From Vulcanimicrobiota bacterium (GTDB taxonomy: Bacteria > Vulcanimicrobiota > Xenobia > Xenobiales > JADMJV01), in NCBI GenBank assembly GCA_050250895.1, contig JBFWNU010000002.1, positions 887,659 to 951,658 on the forward strand: DNA of 64,000 nt. The letters run 5' to 3'. The position numbers and the translations under genes are program-made. Shown here piece after piece: positions 36,480 to 45,396 of this stretch. A model generated the notes under the pieces. It did no database searches and was not told the DNA's origin. It was given only the letters and a program-made list of their open reading frames with translations. The number at the start of each line of letters is the position of its first letter. Position 1 is the stretch's first letter.

Positions 36480-37619
36480 ATGCAGGTAGAACTTGGACTC
36501 GAACGGCTTCAAGATGGCGAGTTCGCCACCGCCATCGAACTCTTTACCCAGGCCTTAGCCGAGGGGGCCAGCGCCGAGGTCTTCTACTATCGCGGAGTGG
36601 CTTACGACTTGAGCGGCCAGCGCGAACTGGCTTGCGCCGATCTTGGCGCTTGCCTGAAGGAGGAGCCGGCTCATTCCCGGGCCCTCTTCAGTCGGGCCAC
36701 GGTGTTGCGGGAGATGTCAGACTTTGAGGGTTCGTTCCGCGATATCCAGATGGCCTATAAGATCGACCCGCAAGATTATCGCATCGCCAATGCCTATGCG
36801 CAGTTTCTAGTCGATTCCCCGGTCCAAGCGCACCACGATCCAGAACTCGGCGTGAAGGTGGCCACCCGGGCTTGCGAGTTGACCGAATGGCAAGACGGGC
36901 TCTGCCTGCGGACACTGGCTGACGCCCTCGACCTGACTGGCGAGTCCGAGGAGGCCGCCGAGGTGAGGTCCAGGACCGTAGTTAGCTTCGACTTCGCCGA
37001 CATTGATGACGAGATTATGGGATATCTAGCCCTTCTGCTGGGTCGTCGGCCCGAGCCCGAGGGCTTGCAAGAAATCGTGCCAGCCTCGGATGTAAGTGTC
37101 AGCATCCGCTCGATCAAGGCCCGTCAACCAGACCAGGAAGCCCTCATCTTTAGCGTGGGCATGAGCGCCAAACCCATGGCCACGCCGGAGGAGTTGCCGG
37201 TCAACGAAGATGGGTTCGCCGAGGTAATGATGCGCTTACCCAGCCAATGGCCTCTGCCTCCCGACCTTGACGACCCTGGGCAGGCCTGGCCTTTGCTGTG
37301 GTTGCGCCGGCTGGCCCACTACCCACATCTGACCGGCGCGTGGATGGGCACGGGTCTTTTTCCCGACCCGGGCCAGCCCCTGGTCCCACTGGCTCCGGAA
37401 TGTCCGTTTTCGGGCTTTGTCTTGCTGGCCAATCTGGGCATCGAAGGATTTCGCTCGCAGGCTGGCCACTATGTCAACCTGATTACGGTTGTCCCCGTGA
37501 CCGCGAAAGAACACGAACTGGCCTGCGAGCATGGCTTGCAAGAATTGCTGACGCGCCTGGTCGAGGCCGGACACCCTCCCGCTCTCGTGCCCGACCGGCC
37601 TTGTGTTGCGACCGTATAG
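36480..37619 (+). CDS. TPR plus Suppressor-of-fused (SuFu)-like domain protein
   Basis: N-terminal TPRs; SVGMSAKPM, AEVMMRLPSQWP, WLRRLAHYPH, VVPVTAKE. Confidence 0.75.
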   Translation: MQVELGLERLQDGEFATAIELFTQALAEGASAEVFYYRGVAYDLSGQRELACADLGACLKEEPAHSRALFSRATVLREMSDFEGSFRDIQMAYKIDPQDYRIANAYAQFLVDSPVQAHHDPELGVKVATRACELTEWQDGLCLRTLADALDLTGESEEAAEVRSRTVVSFDFADIDDEIMGYLALLLGRRPEPEGLQEIVPASDVSVSIRSIKARQPDQEALIFSVGMSAKPMATPEELPVNEDGFAEVMMRLPSQWPLPPDLDDPGQAWPLLWLRRLAHYPHLTGAWMGTGLFPDPGQPLVPLAPECPFSGFVLLANLGIEGFRSQAGHYVNLITVVPVTAKEHELACEHGLQELLTRLVEAGHPPALVPDRPCVATV

Positions 37620-37628
37620 GGGCCCTCG

Positions 37629-38723
37629 TTGAGAAATCCCGAGCGCGATTGGGAACAGGCCACTCGACTGAGCCGTGACGAGGTCGAAAGCCGGGTCGGG
37701 CCGGTCGAGCGCCTGGAAGTGTTGGGCGGAGGGCTGGCCAACGCCGTGGCTCGAATCGACCAGGAGCGGGTCTTTCGCCTCTACCGACGCGATCCGACCA
37801 GTTGCCGTAAAGAAGCTCGTTTACTAAAGATGCCGTGGCAGAGCTTTCGGGTTCCGCGTGTATTGGAGCAAGGCGAAGACTTTCTGGTGCTGGAGTTCGT
37901 GCCCCACGCCCCGCTTACCAGGGAAGACGGCTTTGTGGTCGGACGGGCTCTGGCCGAGATTCATCAGACGACCTTCGTAGCCAGTGGCTTTCTCGGCTCG
38001 AACCTCGAGTTGGAGCGGCCCTTCGCAAGCCTGCCTCAGGCACTGCTCGATTACGCCCTGAGTCAGCTCGAAGGCGATCCCCTTCGCAAGAGCTATGCCG
38101 ATTGGATGGCCCCCCTATTGCCGAACCTCGAGAAGCTATCGGAGCGACCGGTGCTTTTGCATGGCGACTTCAAGCTGTCCAACCTGCACCGGGCCGGCTC
38201 GGATTTGCTGGTGCTCGATTGGGAATTTGCCTACGCCGGAGCCGCCCTGCTCGATATCGGCCAACTGCTTCGCTGGCGCCCTCCGGCCGGCTTCATGGCG
38301 GATTTTGCTCGCGGCTACGGAACACTACCACACTCGTGGCAGGCTTGGGCCGAGGTCTTTGACGCCGTCAACCTGGCTGCTCTCATGGCCGGAGGGCGGC
38401 CCGTCAGGGAGCGCCTGGAAGAGACTTTGGCAGCCGATCGACCGGAGTCAGACCTCGAATTTGTCCAGCGTCTGCAGCGTGAAGAACAGGCCCGCCGCGC
38501 GCTCGCCTTCAAGCGAGCTGTCGACGAGGGCCACCGGCGAGGCAAAGAGCCGTTTGAGTATGAACGCTTTCGAACACTCAGCCAACTCCGCGATTACTCC
38601 GACCCTCAAAGTCTGGAATACGACTATTACGTGGTCTGGCACCGGCTCGACAGCCTCGAAGAGTTTGCTCGCAAGCTGGCTATCAGCGAGCAATACGACG
38701 GCGGAGACCTCGGAGAGTCCTAA
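37629..38723 (+). CDS. Aminoglycoside phosphotransferase/choline kinase family protein
   Basis: LGGGLAN, LLHGDFKLSN, LDWEFA. Confidence 0.85.
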   Translation: MRNPERDWEQATRLSRDEVESRVGPVERLEVLGGGLANAVARIDQERVFRLYRRDPTSCRKEARLLKMPWQSFRVPRVLEQGEDFLVLEFVPHAPLTREDGFVVGRALAEIHQTTFVASGFLGSNLELERPFASLPQALLDYALSQLEGDPLRKSYADWMAPLLPNLEKLSERPVLLHGDFKLSNLHRAGSDLLVLDWEFAYAGAALLDIGQLLRWRPPAGFMADFARGYGTLPHSWQAWAEVFDAVNLAALMAGGRPVRERLEETLAADRPESDLEFVQRLQREEQARRALAFKRAVDEGHRRGKEPFEYERFRTLSQLRDYSDPQSLEYDYYVVWHRLDSLEEFARKLAISEQYDGGDLGES

Positions 38724-38841
38724 GGTGCGGCTTTAATCTTCTCACATCTTGTTAACCTGGAAGGGCCGGATTGGACAATCGGTGGACGCTATCCCGGTAG
38801 GCTGGAGCCAACCAATGAATCCCCTCGTCTCGGAGGACAAT

Positions 38842-39276
38842 ATGATCAGTCGCATTTCTGGAATCGCCTATGGAACCGTGTTCACCAGTCGCAGAACCGA
38901 ATTCGAGTGCCTCAAGCAAATCCAGGCGGACGGACAGGTGGACAAGCCGTTCGTGCAAGCCTCGAGCTCGTTTATCCCCAGTATTACCGACCCTCGGGTG
39001 GAGAGCTTTCTCAAAAACGGTGCCGCTCCGGACTCCTCCTGGAAGGCCCACGAACTCGGTGGCTTCGATAGCCCGGCCCAGTCTCTCTTCGTGGAGGACG
39101 GCAAGGTGGTGTTGCGCAGCCAGATTGAGGAGAATGGAAAGCTCGTCAGGCACCGCATCGAGGCACCCTACGACGCCGTCGGCAAGGTCGACCTGGAGTC
39201 GTCGAGCGAGGGCTTTGACATCCAGTCGGTCGACCCGCACAAAACCCTCACCTTCGAGATTCCTAACGGCGCTTAG
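38842..39276 (+). CDS. Hypothetical protein
   Basis: GGAGG RBS before ATG 38842; genome-like codon usage. Confidence 0.7.
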   Translation: MISRISGIAYGTVFTSRRTEFECLKQIQADGQVDKPFVQASSSFIPSITDPRVESFLKNGAAPDSSWKAHELGGFDSPAQSLFVEDGKVVLRSQIEENGKLVRHRIEAPYDAVGKVDLESSSEGFDIQSVDPHKTLTFEIPNGA

Positions 39277-39284
39277 CTCAGCCT

Positions 39285-40916
39285 CTACTGTTGATACGTG
39301 CCGCCCAGGCCGGTGTAGAACATACCCATCGCCTGGTAGAGCAGTTTGCCGGCTTCGGCCACGTTCTTGGCCTCTTGAGCACTGATGACTCCGTCGGGTC
39401 CCCGCAGGGACTTGTCGATAATGCCCGTGGCCGCGGTCATGGCCGCCTGAGCCCGATCGTTTTGGGGATCGCCGGTGGGCTGGATGCCACGCATCTTCTG
39501 TAACCGCTGACCGGCGTCGACCAGGGTCTGGGCTTCTCGCTCGCTGAAGCTGCGCCGGGTGCGCCCATCCATGGGAGAGCCCTGGGGCGCGAGGTATTTC
39601 GAGGCGGCCTGGCGGGCCATGCCCGGGCCTTTCTCGCGCACCATCCCCCAGCCGATCTCCTGGACCTTGCCGGGATGGTTGCTGACCCAGCGATTGGCCG
39701 CCCGGGCCAGAATGCGGCGTGAGCCGTCCTTGCGATAGGTGGCAGCCCGGTGGGCCTCTTGAGTGATGCGACTGCTGACCATGCCGCCGATGGTGTCGGT
39801 GTTTAGCATGCCGTTGAAGACGGGCACCACATCGGTCATCGACAGGGCCCGGTCGGCCCCGCCCAGCTTGGTGGGTTCGTCGATCATGCGAGCCACCATC
39901 GGCAGCACGCCCTCGTTTTTCTGGCTACCGACGAAGGGAGCGAGGAACGACATGGTGCTTCCGATCTTATCTTTGTCGAGGGCTCCCTGGGCTTTGGTGA
40001 TGCCTTCCTTGAGTTCCTTGATCTTCTCGGGGGTGAGTTTGGCCGCCAACTCGGGCGAGACGGCTCTCATGATCTGCATATTCTCTGGGCTGAACATCTT
40101 GTCCAGTCCGTTGGCGTCGAGGCCCTTGAAGAATTGCAGATTTTCAGGGGTGATGACGCCCTGCAGAGCCGGCATGGCATCTTTGATTTTCTGGAGATGC
40201 TCGGCGTTAAAGCCGTTCTGCTGAATCTCGGGCCCCATCTGGAGCAGACCCGGAATGTGGGTGCCCAGGGTCACCAGGTCTTTGATGCGCTGGGCCGTGG
40301 CGGTAGCATCTTCCATGCTCACGCCCTCGGGCAGACCGGCTGCCCGTGCTTGCTCGGCCGCCTGGGCCTGTTCGGCTGTCTGAGCGGGCTGACCGTTTTG
40401 AGCCTGCTGGCCGTTTTGAGCCGGCTGGCCGTTTTGAGCTGGCTGGCCGTTCTGGGCCGGCTGGCCGGTTTGAGCCTGCTGGCCGTTCTGGGCCGGCTGG
40501 CCGTTTTGGGCTGACTGGCCGTTCTGGGCCGGCTGGCCGTTCTGGGCCGGCTGGCCGTTCTGAGCTGGCTGGCCGTTCTGGGCCGGCTGGCCGTTCTGGG
40601 CTGGCTGGCCGTTTTGAGTTGGCTGGCCGTTTTGAGCGGGAGCAGCCTGTCCAGGCTGAGCCTGGCCCCAGCCGGCCACGTTGGGTAGGTTGGGAGAGGT
40701 CGATCCGGGCGCGGGCCCGGCCACGTAGCCGTCGCCACCACGCGACTGGGGGCTTACCGGTCGCGCGGCCGGCCTGGGCGCCGCCGGGACACCCTTGGCC
40801 TTGCTGGTCGTGCCAGCGCCGCCGGGACGAGGCTTGGCTTTGGGCTTAGCAGCCGGTCGCTTGGACTTGGCCGGAGGATGACTGGGCTTTCGGCTTGGAA
40901 CACGAGACATACACAC
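39285..40916 (-). CDS. Hypothetical protein with P/K-rich N-terminus, AQNGQP repeats and helical C-domain
   Basis: Long ORF with strong codon bias; RBS-like GGGGAG upstream. Confidence 0.85.
   Translation of the reverse strand: MCMSRVPSRKPSHPPAKSKRPAAKPKAKPRPGGAGTTSKAKGVPAAPRPAARPVSPQSRGGDGYVAGPAPGSTSPNLPNVAGWGQAQPGQAAPAQNGQPTQNGQPAQNGQPAQNGQPAQNGQPAQNGQPAQNGQSAQNGQPAQNGQQAQTGQPAQNGQPAQNGQPAQNGQQAQNGQPAQTAEQAQAAEQARAAGLPEGVSMEDATATAQRIKDLVTLGTHIPGLLQMGPEIQQNGFNAEHLQKIKDAMPALQGVITPENLQFFKGLDANGLDKMFSPENMQIMRAVSPELAAKLTPEKIKELKEGITKAQGALDKDKIGSTMSFLAPFVGSQKNEGVLPMVARMIDEPTKLGGADRALSMTDVVPVFNGMLNTDTIGGMVSSRITQEAHRAATYRKDGSRRILARAANRWVSNHPGKVQEIGWGMVREKGPGMARQAASKYLAPQGSPMDGRTRRSFSEREAQTLVDAGQRLQKMRGIQPTGDPQNDRAQAAMTAATGIIDKSLRGPDGVISAQEAKNVAEAGKLLYQAMGMFYTGLGGTYQQ
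40386..40637 (-). repeat. Coding minisatellite, about 14 x 18 bp (AQNGQP)
   Basis: Tandem nGGCTGGCCGTTyTGrGC units on the + strand. Confidence 0.95.
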
Positions 40917-41110
40917 ACTCCCCTGTCACGGGCCGCCTGTCACCCGCCAGTGCGCACGCGCGACCCGTCCTTTATGACCGCATTGTAGCCAAGTGCGAGG
41001 TCTGAGCCAGTCCAAAAAGTGTTGCCGTTCTGTAACTTGTTTTAAGGTTTTGATCGGAATCTCGCTGGAATGTAAACAGTTTGGCGAGGCCCTCCAAGGC
41101 TTTCTCCAAG

Positions 41111-41527
41111 CTATTTCAACCGCTGCGTGTCTTCGACCAGCGTGACCCGGTAGGTGGCGATCTTGTTCTGCACGGTTTGTGGTATTGCCAGGTCGATGCG
41201 GTGCTCCAAAGTCGCTCCAGGCTCCTTGAGGAAGACACTTTCCTCGTAGCCCTCGGCAGCCAGGAGTTCTCCTCGGGCGTCGAGCAGGGCTACATAGACG
41301 GCCAGGCAGGCCGGCTGCTTGCCTCGATTGGCAAGGTGGATGCGCAAGTTGATTACCTGGCAGTCGCGCAGATCCTTGACCGGGCTAAACTCGACCTGAC
41401 CCCGCCAGTTCTGGCCTCGAATCGGGACCACCCTGCCACCGGTATAGGATCCGTGGGCGCGAGTGACCCGCGGTTCGGCCGCAGCCATCAGGGACAGTAG
41501 AACGACCAAGCACCAAACTCTCATCAC
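41111..41527 (-). CDS. Secreted hypothetical protein (small beta-sandwich-like)
   Basis: Signal peptide; coupled to the upstream gene. Confidence 0.65.
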   Translation of the reverse strand: MMRVWCLVVLLSLMAAAEPRVTRAHGSYTGGRVVPIRGQNWRGQVEFSPVKDLRDCQVINLRIHLANRGKQPACLAVYVALLDARGELLAAEGYEESVFLKEPGATLEHRIDLAIPQTVQNKIATYRVTLVEDTQRLK

Positions 41528-41958
41528 TGCCTCCCGATCAGAGTCGTGTCTTCATAGAAGACGCATTGCACGGTCATCGCCTTTTCGAGGTCAGCCCGGG
41601 GCACCAGGATGTCCCACTGGTTGAGCGACTCCTCGCCCTTCTTCCTCTGGTCATAGACGTCGTTTTTGCCGCCGCCGCCCAGCAGTTTGCCGGCTTTGCC
41701 GAAGACGCCCACATGGGTGCTGAAGAAGGCCTGGGGCCCGGCCAGGTTCCTGGCCGCGACACGGATCCTCACCGCGCCGGTGTCGGTCACGAAGGCCCTG
41801 GCGTCGAGGCTGAAAAGTTTGCCTTTCAACTTGAGGTTGAGAGGGTTCTTTTCGGTGTTGGCCTGGCTCAATCGCCCTTCGGCCCGAAGAACCTGGGGCT
41901 TGGCGGCCAGTGACGGGGCGACCAGCAGCAGACAGCAGAGAACAAACAGGTATCTCAT
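41524..41958 (-). CDS. Secreted hypothetical protein
   Basis: Signal peptide MRYLFVLCCLLLVAPSLA. Confidence 0.7.
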   Translation of the reverse strand: MRYLFVLCCLLLVAPSLAAKPQVLRAEGRLSQANTEKNPLNLKLKGKLFSLDARAFVTDTGAVRIRVAARNLAGPQAFFSTHVGVFGKAGKLLGGGGKNDVYDQRKKGEESLNQWDILVPRADLEKAMTVQCVFYEDTTLIGRQ

Positions 41959-42120
41959 CTGCCACGATTCCCTTTCGCCGGGCCGCCAACCTCGCAGGAT
42001 TTCGGTTTTGAACAGGGAATATTTCTAGGGCGTCCGTGGGACTTTGAGGCGATTTCCGAAACCAGCCTTGGAAGTTGTCCTACGTCGTCGCCTCGCTCTC
42101 TCCCCGGGCGGCAACTTCTA

Positions 42121-43473
42121 ATGATCGATTTCGAGCGGGTCACCGGCGAAGATCTGGTGACGTTCATCAATGCCTGTTTCGCCTGCACCGGCCAGGCCGA
42201 GTTCTATAGCGGAGCCTCCGAGCAAGCCGTGTCGATCGCCTTTTTGCACGAGTATATCCGGGTGAACTACCGGCGGCTGTATGCCCTCACCCTGGCCGCT
42301 GGCATCAACCACTTCAACACGGCCGAGATCGTGTTTGGGCTGCTGGCCACCGGTGCCGACACCAGGGCCAACGACCGCCAACTCGAGAACTCCCTCATCC
42401 GGTCCGCTCTGAGAGGGCTGCCGCCCCAGCGTGCCTACGGGCTTTTTCGTCGCCTGGCCCACGAGAAGGTCAACAATCGCCGCAGCCGCGCGGTGATGCG
42501 CGATTATTTTCGAGGCCGGCGCGAGCCTGACTTCGACCTGGTGAAGTATCGTCGCAAGTTGCGTCCGGCCGTGACCCACGCCCATCTGGGGCTCGAGGCC
42601 GAGCAAGCTAGCTTTCTTTTTCGCGGGGCTCGCCAGCGGCGCTACCAGCGGCCGCTGTTCGAGACCTTTCGCCAGGCCCACTATCAGAAAGAGGCGGTCT
42701 ATCGCCTTCCTTACACCATCGCCGAGGGCCTGGCCGCCCGTCATGGCATCGACCGCCAGCGTTTTCTGGCCGGCATCGACCACCAGCTGACCGACCGCGA
42801 GCGACTGCGCTTGCAGAAGGCCGGAGCCCGCGCCTTTGACCTCAAGCGCGCCAGTCTGACCGAGCTGGCCGTCTATGCTCTTTCGCTGGCGCCCAGCGAG
42901 CGAGCTGGACTGCACCAGGCTTTGAGCGAAGCTGCCTCCCGGCTGGTGCCGAGCTTTGGTTTAGGCCGGGTGGCGGCCGTGCTCGACTGTAGCTATTCGT
43001 CCTCGGGCAGCCGGGCCAAGCGCAACCGACCGCTGGCGGTGGCGCTGGGGGTTCACTACGTTTTGAGTCACAACCCGGACTATCGAGCCTTCTGGACCCA
43101 GCCCAAGGCAGTGCCCCTCGAGCTGGTGGCCGCTGGCTCTACCGACCTGGCGGGGCCGTTGGTCGAAGCGCTGGCTGGCCAGCCCGAACTGGTCATCATC
43201 GTCTCGGACGGGCACGAGAACGACCCTCCCGGAGCCGTCTCCGAGGTGGTTCGCCTCTATCGTGGCTGGGGAGGCAAGGCTTCGGTCATTCACCTCAATC
43301 CGGTCTTTAGCCCCGAAGACTACCTGCCCCGTCCTTTGGGACCAAACCTGCCCACTCTGGGGTTGGGGCGAGTCGAGGATCTGGCCACGGCCATCGGCTT
43401 TGCGCGCTTTGCCGAAGGCCGCCTCGGCCTGGCCCAGCTCGAGGCCTATCTCGAGGGACGCATTCCATGCTAA
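42121..43473 (+). CDS. Helical N-domain plus vWA-like C-domain protein (TROVE/Ro-like architecture)
   Basis: MIDAS-like VLDCSYSS, GSTDL, IIVSDGHEN; basic helical N-terminus. Confidence 0.65.
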   Translation: MIDFERVTGEDLVTFINACFACTGQAEFYSGASEQAVSIAFLHEYIRVNYRRLYALTLAAGINHFNTAEIVFGLLATGADTRANDRQLENSLIRSALRGLPPQRAYGLFRRLAHEKVNNRRSRAVMRDYFRGRREPDFDLVKYRRKLRPAVTHAHLGLEAEQASFLFRGARQRRYQRPLFETFRQAHYQKEAVYRLPYTIAEGLAARHGIDRQRFLAGIDHQLTDRERLRLQKAGARAFDLKRASLTELAVYALSLAPSERAGLHQALSEAASRLVPSFGLGRVAAVLDCSYSSSGSRAKRNRPLAVALGVHYVLSHNPDYRAFWTQPKAVPLELVAAGSTDLAGPLVEALAGQPELVIIVSDGHENDPPGAVSEVVRLYRGWGGKASVIHLNPVFSPEDYLPRPLGPNLPTLGLGRVEDLATAIGFARFAEGRLGLAQLEAYLEGRIPC

Positions 43474-44561
43474 TGCAACATCTGAATTTCGACCAGTTTC
43501 GCCTGGGCGTGACCCAGGTGCTGGGCTCGGTGCGACTGGCTCCCGTGTTGCGCCAGGATTGCCCGGGTGATTTGCGCCTGGGCCCGGTGGGGGTCTCCGA
43601 AGAAAGGGTCGCCTCAGCCGACGGCAAGGCCAACTATTTGTCTTACTTTCCTCACGCCCTGATCGCGCGCTTTAGTCAGGACGGGTCGGCTCTGGTTCCC
43701 CAGGGCACCCAGCTCGGCCAGCCTTCCCGGCTGTGCAGCCTGGGTCGGGTCTATCGCCGCACCGGCCCCGGCGAGGTTGCCTTTCTGCCTTTGCATGTGG
43801 CCATGGAGGGCTTTCTGTCGCTCCATTTCAAAGGCCCCGAGATCGCCTGGCCCGAGTATGTCCGCCAGGTGCGCCGGCGAGGCCTGGGTTTTCGTCTCGA
43901 GACCAGCGCCAGCGGCTGGGTTGTCAAAGGGCTCGAGCGGGCCCTGGCTTGCTTTGAGTGGCATCCTCACCAGGTGGGCTCGCTCCTTTTTGTTGACGAC
44001 GAGTTTCTGGCCGCTTTCGTGGTCAGTCATCCCCAGGACTATCGCAAACTGCATCGCTCGCTCTTGACCGACTTCTTCCCCGAGCAGGTGCTCCACTACG
44101 GTTATCTTCGCGCGGCCGAGGACCGGGTGTCTTTCGGCCCGGCCAAGAACCTCGACGAGTTGCGCCGCGAGCTAGAACGCCAACGCAGCCAGCACCACCA
44201 ACTCAACAGTTTGCGGGCTGAGAGCCTGGTCAATCGGCCCGTCCAGGCCCATCAGGTGTACAAGCTGGGTCCGTTTCGCCTGCAGCGCTTCTGCACCGAC
44301 CTGGCGCGCGGAGTCGATAACCACATCGGCGAGGCGATCCTGCGAGCCGACGGCAAGCTGGAATACCTCAAGAGCTATCGCCTGTCCGAAGCCCAGAGTC
44401 GCCGCGCCTTCCTATTGCGCAGCCTGGCCGAGGCCGACTGGAATCTCGGCCGGGCCGCCGAGAGTCTCCATTGCGTCGACGAAGAAGAAGTGGCCCGCCT
44501 GTTGATCCACGCGGGCTTTGGCTATCTGCTCAACCCCGAGCTGGTGCGGCGGGCTCGCTAG
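43467..44561 (+). CDS. ARPP-2-like domain protein with C-terminal Fis-type HTH
   Basis: GSVRLAPV, LPLHVAMEGFLSLHFKGP, FEWHPHQVG; C-terminal LAEADWNLGRAAESL. Family recalled from memory. Confidence 0.55.
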   Translation: MLMQHLNFDQFRLGVTQVLGSVRLAPVLRQDCPGDLRLGPVGVSEERVASADGKANYLSYFPHALIARFSQDGSALVPQGTQLGQPSRLCSLGRVYRRTGPGEVAFLPLHVAMEGFLSLHFKGPEIAWPEYVRQVRRRGLGFRLETSASGWVVKGLERALACFEWHPHQVGSLLFVDDEFLAAFVVSHPQDYRKLHRSLLTDFFPEQVLHYGYLRAAEDRVSFGPAKNLDELRRELERQRSQHHQLNSLRAESLVNRPVQAHQVYKLGPFRLQRFCTDLARGVDNHIGEAILRADGKLEYLKSYRLSEAQSRRAFLLRSLAEADWNLGRAAESLHCVDEEEVARLLIHAGFGYLLNPELVRRAR

Positions 44562-45282
44562 GGTTCATCACCATGCCGTAGACCTTGCGGATGTCGGCGT
44601 CGTCACCGGTGGTGGTCACGATGACGTCAACCGGCATGTCGATAAGCTTTTGCACCGGGTCGGGCTGATGGTGATGGTCGTGGTTTCCGTGGTCGTGATT
44701 GTTGTGCCACGATAGAAAGTCGCCGTTGCCGCCGTCGATGACGAAGTAGCTCATGGGATAGGTCGACAGCCACTGCCCCTTCCAGTGAACCTCCTTGCCT
44801 TGCAGCTGACCGTCGATCTCGGCGCTGCGGTCGGGGTGCAGGAGCATCGAGAACTCGCCCATGCGGGGCGAGGTGAACTTGTGCTCGCCCACCAGGTTGT
44901 GCTCGTGGTGGTTGAGTTCGCCCGCGAAAGCCTCGGGGTCGGGCACGCGATGAAAGGTGATCTGCTGGCCTTCCCACTGGGGCAGTCCGTGGATGTCGAT
45001 GTCCCGGCCGGGCCAGAAATACTCGGGGTCGTGGTCGCCCACGGCGATGGCGATCTCGCTGCCGTTCTCGGGGCGCAGCTTCAATACACCGTCTTCCAGG
45101 CTATAGTTGCCGTGGGCGCCGCGATAGTTGGCGCCGTAGATCTCGCCTTCGAGAGTGAAGGTATCCTCACCCAGTTCAAGCAGAGCCAGTTCGTGGGTCT
45201 CACCCTCGGGATCTTCCGGAAAGGTGTCGATGGTGTAGCGTTTTCCGGCAAACTCGACGGCCGGCGTGGAGGCGATTCGCAT
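44530..45282 (-). CDS. Hypothetical protein with His-rich patch
   Basis: Genome-like codon usage; HNNHDHGNHDHHH. Confidence 0.7.
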   Translation of the reverse strand: MRIASTPAVEFAGKRYTIDTFPEDPEGETHELALLELGEDTFTLEGEIYGANYRGAHGNYSLEDGVLKLRPENGSEIAIAVGDHDPEYFWPGRDIDIHGLPQWEGQQITFHRVPDPEAFAGELNHHEHNLVGEHKFTSPRMGEFSMLLHPDRSAEIDGQLQGKEVHWKGQWLSTYPMSYFVIDGGNGDFLSWHNNHDHGNHDHHHQPDPVQKLIDMPVDVIVTTTGDDADIRKVYGMVMNPSEPAAPARG

Positions 45283-45396
45283 AGGGCAAGCTACCACGCC
45301 GCCCTTCACCCTGTCGGTGAACAGATTGTTGCCAGTCGGTCGTTTTTGGGACCGATCGGCGGAAGGCGTGGGCCGGTCGGGCCAGAAGTTTGGCTT

